Part shown: piece after piece, positions 19,879 to 23,451 of the stretch
How positions within the stretch are numbered: the stretch's first letter is position 1
Layout of the letters: every line of letters starts with the position of its first letter
NCBI RefSeq assembly: GCF_006345805.1
Contig: NW_021836601.1
Location: forward strand, 1 to 23,451
DNA: 23,451 nt
Source of the DNA: Octopus sinensis
Taxonomy: Eukaryota
Direction of reading: 5' to 3'
Made by a program: the position numbers and the translations under genes
The notes under the pieces: model-generated
What the model was told of the DNA's origin: nothing
The model's input: the letters and a program-made list of their open reading frames with translations, nothing else
Databases searched by the model: none

Positions 19879-20420
19879 TCATCATCATCATCATTTAGCG
19901 TCTGCTTTCCATGCTGGCATGGGTTGGACGGTTCCACTGGGGTCTGGGAAGCCAGAAGGCTGCACCAGGCCCAGTCTGATCTGGCAATGTTTCTATGGCT
20001 GGATGCCCTTCCTAACGCCAACCACTCCGTGAGTGTAGTGGGTGTTTTTTACGTGCCACCGGCACAGGTGCCAGACGAGGCCACGATTGGATGGTGCTTT
20101 TTACGTGCCATCAGCACAGGTGCCAGGTGGAGCTGGAAAATGGCCATGGTCGGATGGTGCTTTTCATGTGCCACCGGCACAGGTGCCAGACGAGGCCACG
20201 ATTGGATGTGCTTTTTACGTGCCATCACACAGGTGCCAGTGTGGGCTGGAATGGCCATGGTCGGATGGTGCTTTTTATGTGCCACCGGCACGGGGGCCAG
20301 GCGAGGCTGGCAATGGCCACGATTGGATGGTGCTTTTTATGTGCCACCGTTCGGATGGCTCGCTTATGTACCACCGGCACTGGTATCACGGCTACAATTT
20401 CCATTGATGTTGACACGACT
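19877..20420 (-). mobile_element. Retroposon family C, inverted copy with about seven internal repeats
   Basis: (CAT)6 tail, GGCTGGATGCCCTTCCTAACGCCAAC motif and repeated GGTGCTTTTTACGTGCCACCGGCAC. Confidence 0.85.
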
Positions 20421-20681
20421 TATAATATTTTTTTTTGTTTAAATTTATTTTTAATTCAATAGAGCTCTGTCAAAATTATCAAGCTCTCTTTTAATTTACT
20501 GGTCCCTTTAAGCTGGAGGGCCTCTTCAAACTGTTTGCGGCCCCGAGATTTAATGGAGCCCCTAGATAATGTAGCCTTCTTTATCATCTTGTGATATTTT
20601 GAATTAGCAAAATCACAGGGGCACCCTAAAGCTATTGACCCAGTCTAGCAAACCAAATTTTGGTGGCCCTTACAAATATAT

Positions 20682-21035
20682 TACTCTTTTTACTCTTTTA
20701 CTTGTTTCAGTCATGTGACTGTGGCCATGCTGGAGCACCGCCTTTAGGTGAGCAAATCGACCCCAGGACTTATTCTTTGTAAGCCTAGTACTTATTCTAT
20801 TGGTCTCTTTTGCTGAACTGCTAAGTAAGAGGACGTAAACACACCAGCATCGGTTGTTAAGCGATGTTGGGGTGACAAACAAAGACATACAAACATATAC
20901 ACACACAACATATATATGATGGGCTTCTTTCAGTTTCCTTCTACCACCAATCCACTCACAAGGCTTTGGTCAGTCCGAGGCTATAGTAGAAGACACTTGC
21001 CCAAGATGCCACGCAGTGGGAATGAACCCGGAACC
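20682..21035 (-). mobile_element. SINE family A lacking the A-box end
   Basis: Matches the other copies from the tail to the B box. Confidence 0.88.
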
Positions 21036-21070
21036 TGGATGTTTTGCGTTCTTGTCCCATTTTGCAATTT

Positions 21071-21093
21071 TATATATATATATATAATATATA

Positions 21094-21162
<69 letters not shown>

Positions 21163-21306
21163 TTATAATATATATATGGTAATATATAATATATATTATA
21201 TATGTAATATATATCTAAGTATATATATATATATCTATATATATTTATATAATATATATAATATATATAATATATCTATATATATATACATATATATATA
21301 TATATA

Positions 21307-21354
<48 letters not shown>

Positions 21355-21365
21355 ATATTAATATT
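21071..21365. repeat. (TA)n tract
   Basis: Direct reading. Confidence 0.95.
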
Positions 21366-21370
21366 ACACA

Positions 21371-21594
21371 ATGGGCTTCTTTCAGTTTCTGTCTACTAAA
21401 TCCACTCACAAGGCTTTGGTCAGCCTGAGGCTATAACACTTGCTCAAGGTGCATACATATATAATACAACAGGGTTCATTCAGTTTTCCATTGACCAAAT
21501 CCACCACAAGGCTTTGGTCGTTTTGTGGGTTCAGTGAGACTGAACCCCCGGAACCATGTGGTTGGGAAGCCAGCGTCTTAACCACACAGCCACC
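21371..21594 (-). mobile_element. Two partial, internally deleted SINE family A 5' halves
   Basis: GGGCTTCTTTCAGTTT..AAATCCAC..CAAGGCTTTGGTC occurs twice (from 21371 and from ~21470); the head AACCACACAGCCAC is at 21580-21594. Confidence 0.8.
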
Positions 21595-22059
21595 CACGTG
21601 AGGGTAGCAAGACAGATGTCATTTATACAAGCAAGGTACACGTACAAAGACCGGCATATATGTACATATCACATTAATGTGTGAGCGGGGAATTTGGATC
21701 GGTGGTGGTGGCGGCGGCGGTGGGGGTGGGGGTAGGAGATGTAGTTGTATGATTACGCAATAGTGGATGCAATGATGATGGGGGGGAGCAGAAGCGAGGG
21801 GGTTAAGGGGGGGAATGCTGCCTTGTCGCGCGAATGGTAGCGGGGGGATGAAAAATGGATGAAGTGGGGGGGGGTAAAAGTGAGGAATGCTTGGTACAGT
21901 TTGAGTAGTATGTGTTTGTGTGCGTGTGGTGTAATTTAGGGAGATAGCTAGGTGTACAATCAGGTAGATAATTAGGTAGGTAGGTAGATTGGTAGGTGGC
22001 ATAAATTTGGAGATATATATTCAGTCAGTTAGTAAAATAGGCACACAGATGGGTTGATG

Positions 22060-22111
22060 ATACATATATATATATGTATATATATGTGTGTGTGTGTGTT
22101 ATATATGTATA

Positions 22112-22150
<39 letters not shown>

Positions 22151-22670
22151 ATATATACATATATAATATATATACTATATATATAAAGGATGTTATATAC
22201 ACACATACGCATATATATACACACAATATACATACATACATATATATATTCATATATACATATGCACACACACACATATACACATACATATATACATACA
22301 TATACAAATATATATATACATGCATATACAAATATATATATATACATGCATATATATATATATATATATACTGATCTCTGTCTCTGTCTATATAATATAT
22401 ATAGATATATATATATACGTAGATGTATGTATGTATATGTATATATAATATATATATACACACACGCACATAGATACATATATACATGCATGCTAATGTA
22501 TATATATGGATGCACATATGTATAAATATATAACTACAACACACCACCACACACACACACACACACACAACACCACACACACACACACACACACACACGC
22601 ACATGTATAAGCAGTATACAGACATACATACATACATACATTATCACAGGTATACATACCTGCATATGTA
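22060..22670. repeat. TA/CA/TG microsatellite mosaic
   Basis: Direct reading. Confidence 0.92.
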
Positions 22671-22840
22671 CAAACGTGTATCTATGATTGTATGACTGCA
22701 TGTTTGTATAACATTTTTCTATTTGCATTCTGAGCTTCCTTGTGAGAAAACATCTGTCGAAACAGATGTTGTCATGTGTTGGAAGGGTCAGTTTTACCGA
22801 CAAGAAACACACGCACAGGTCCCCCCAATAGTTCCATAAT

Positions 22841-23097
22841 CTTACTCTTTACTCTCTTTTACTCTTTTACTTGTTTCAGTCATTTGACTGTGGCCATGCT
22901 GGAGCACCGCTTTCTTGTCGAGTAAATCGACCCCGGGACTTATTCTTTTGTAAGCCTAGTACTTATTCTATCAGTCTCTTTTGCCGAACAGCTAAGTTAC
23001 AGGGACGTAAACACACCAGCATTGGTTGTCAAGCGATGTTGGGGGGACAAACACAGCCACACAAACATATATACACACATACACACACATATATATA
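22841..23097 (-). mobile_element. SINE family A 3' half, truncated at the internal microsatellite
   Basis: Tail and body match; the head is absent. Confidence 0.87.
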
Positions 23098-23163
23098 TTT
23101 AGATACAATTTTAAAATGTGTATAGTAATGCCCTCTATATAATATATATATATACATATATAC

Positions 23164-23451
23164 GACAAACAAGGACAAAGAGATTAACTCTATTATATCA
23201 ACCCCAGTGTGTAACTGGTACTTAATTTACCAACCCTGGAAAGAATGAAAGGTAAAGTCGACCTTGGCAGAATTTGAACTCAGAATGTAACAGCAGATGA
23301 AATACCTATTTCTTTACTACCCACAAGGGGCTAAACACAAAGAGGACAAACAAGGACAGACAAACGGATTAAGTCAATTACATCGACCCCAGTGCGTAAC
23401 TGGTAATTATTTAATCAACCCCGAAAGGATGAAAGGCAAAGCCAACCTCAG
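23164..23451 (-). mobile_element. SINE family B tandem (at least two units), running off the window end
   Basis: Reverse complement of family B twice; junction AAAGAAATAG|GTATTTCATCTG at ~23305. Confidence 0.87.

Noticed and set aside
20500-20670. GGCCC-rich degenerate MITE
   Set aside because: No definable TIRs or TSD.
21700-21880. G-quadruplex-prone G-rich patch / Pro-rich ORF
   Set aside because: G runs are real, but they lie in low-complexity sequence with no functional context.

Overview
Repeat-dense, AT-rich animal genomic DNA; the SINE families and microsatellite load point to Octopus (a coleoid cephalopod; recognised from memory, not by search). The only credible host coding sequence is one large minus-strand first coding exon (8615 to 6713, ending at an AAG|GTAAGA donor). 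It encodes a low-complexity acidic protein, and a single 1-bp frameshift near 7918, probably a consensus error, splits it into two ORFs. Bases 1-6712 are therefore probably intron and 8616 onward 5'UTR/upstream. The rest comprises several tRNA-derived SINE families, a 19 x ~143-bp satellite, a CR1 LINE nested inside a CRE-clade LINE remnant, MITEs and microsatellites. The most notable observations are: a minimal type-I hammerhead ribozyme fold (3012-3054, minus) with a decayed relative, lying in small islands embedded in (TA)n next to several fold-back hairpins (Penelope-like remnants); a five-unit alternating long/short SINE array enclosed by one 15-bp target-site duplication; and a 1.3-kb nested inverted-repeat structure. 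I see no convincing wholly new system. These fit known eukaryotic mobile-element biology, although the particular instances may be undescribed.
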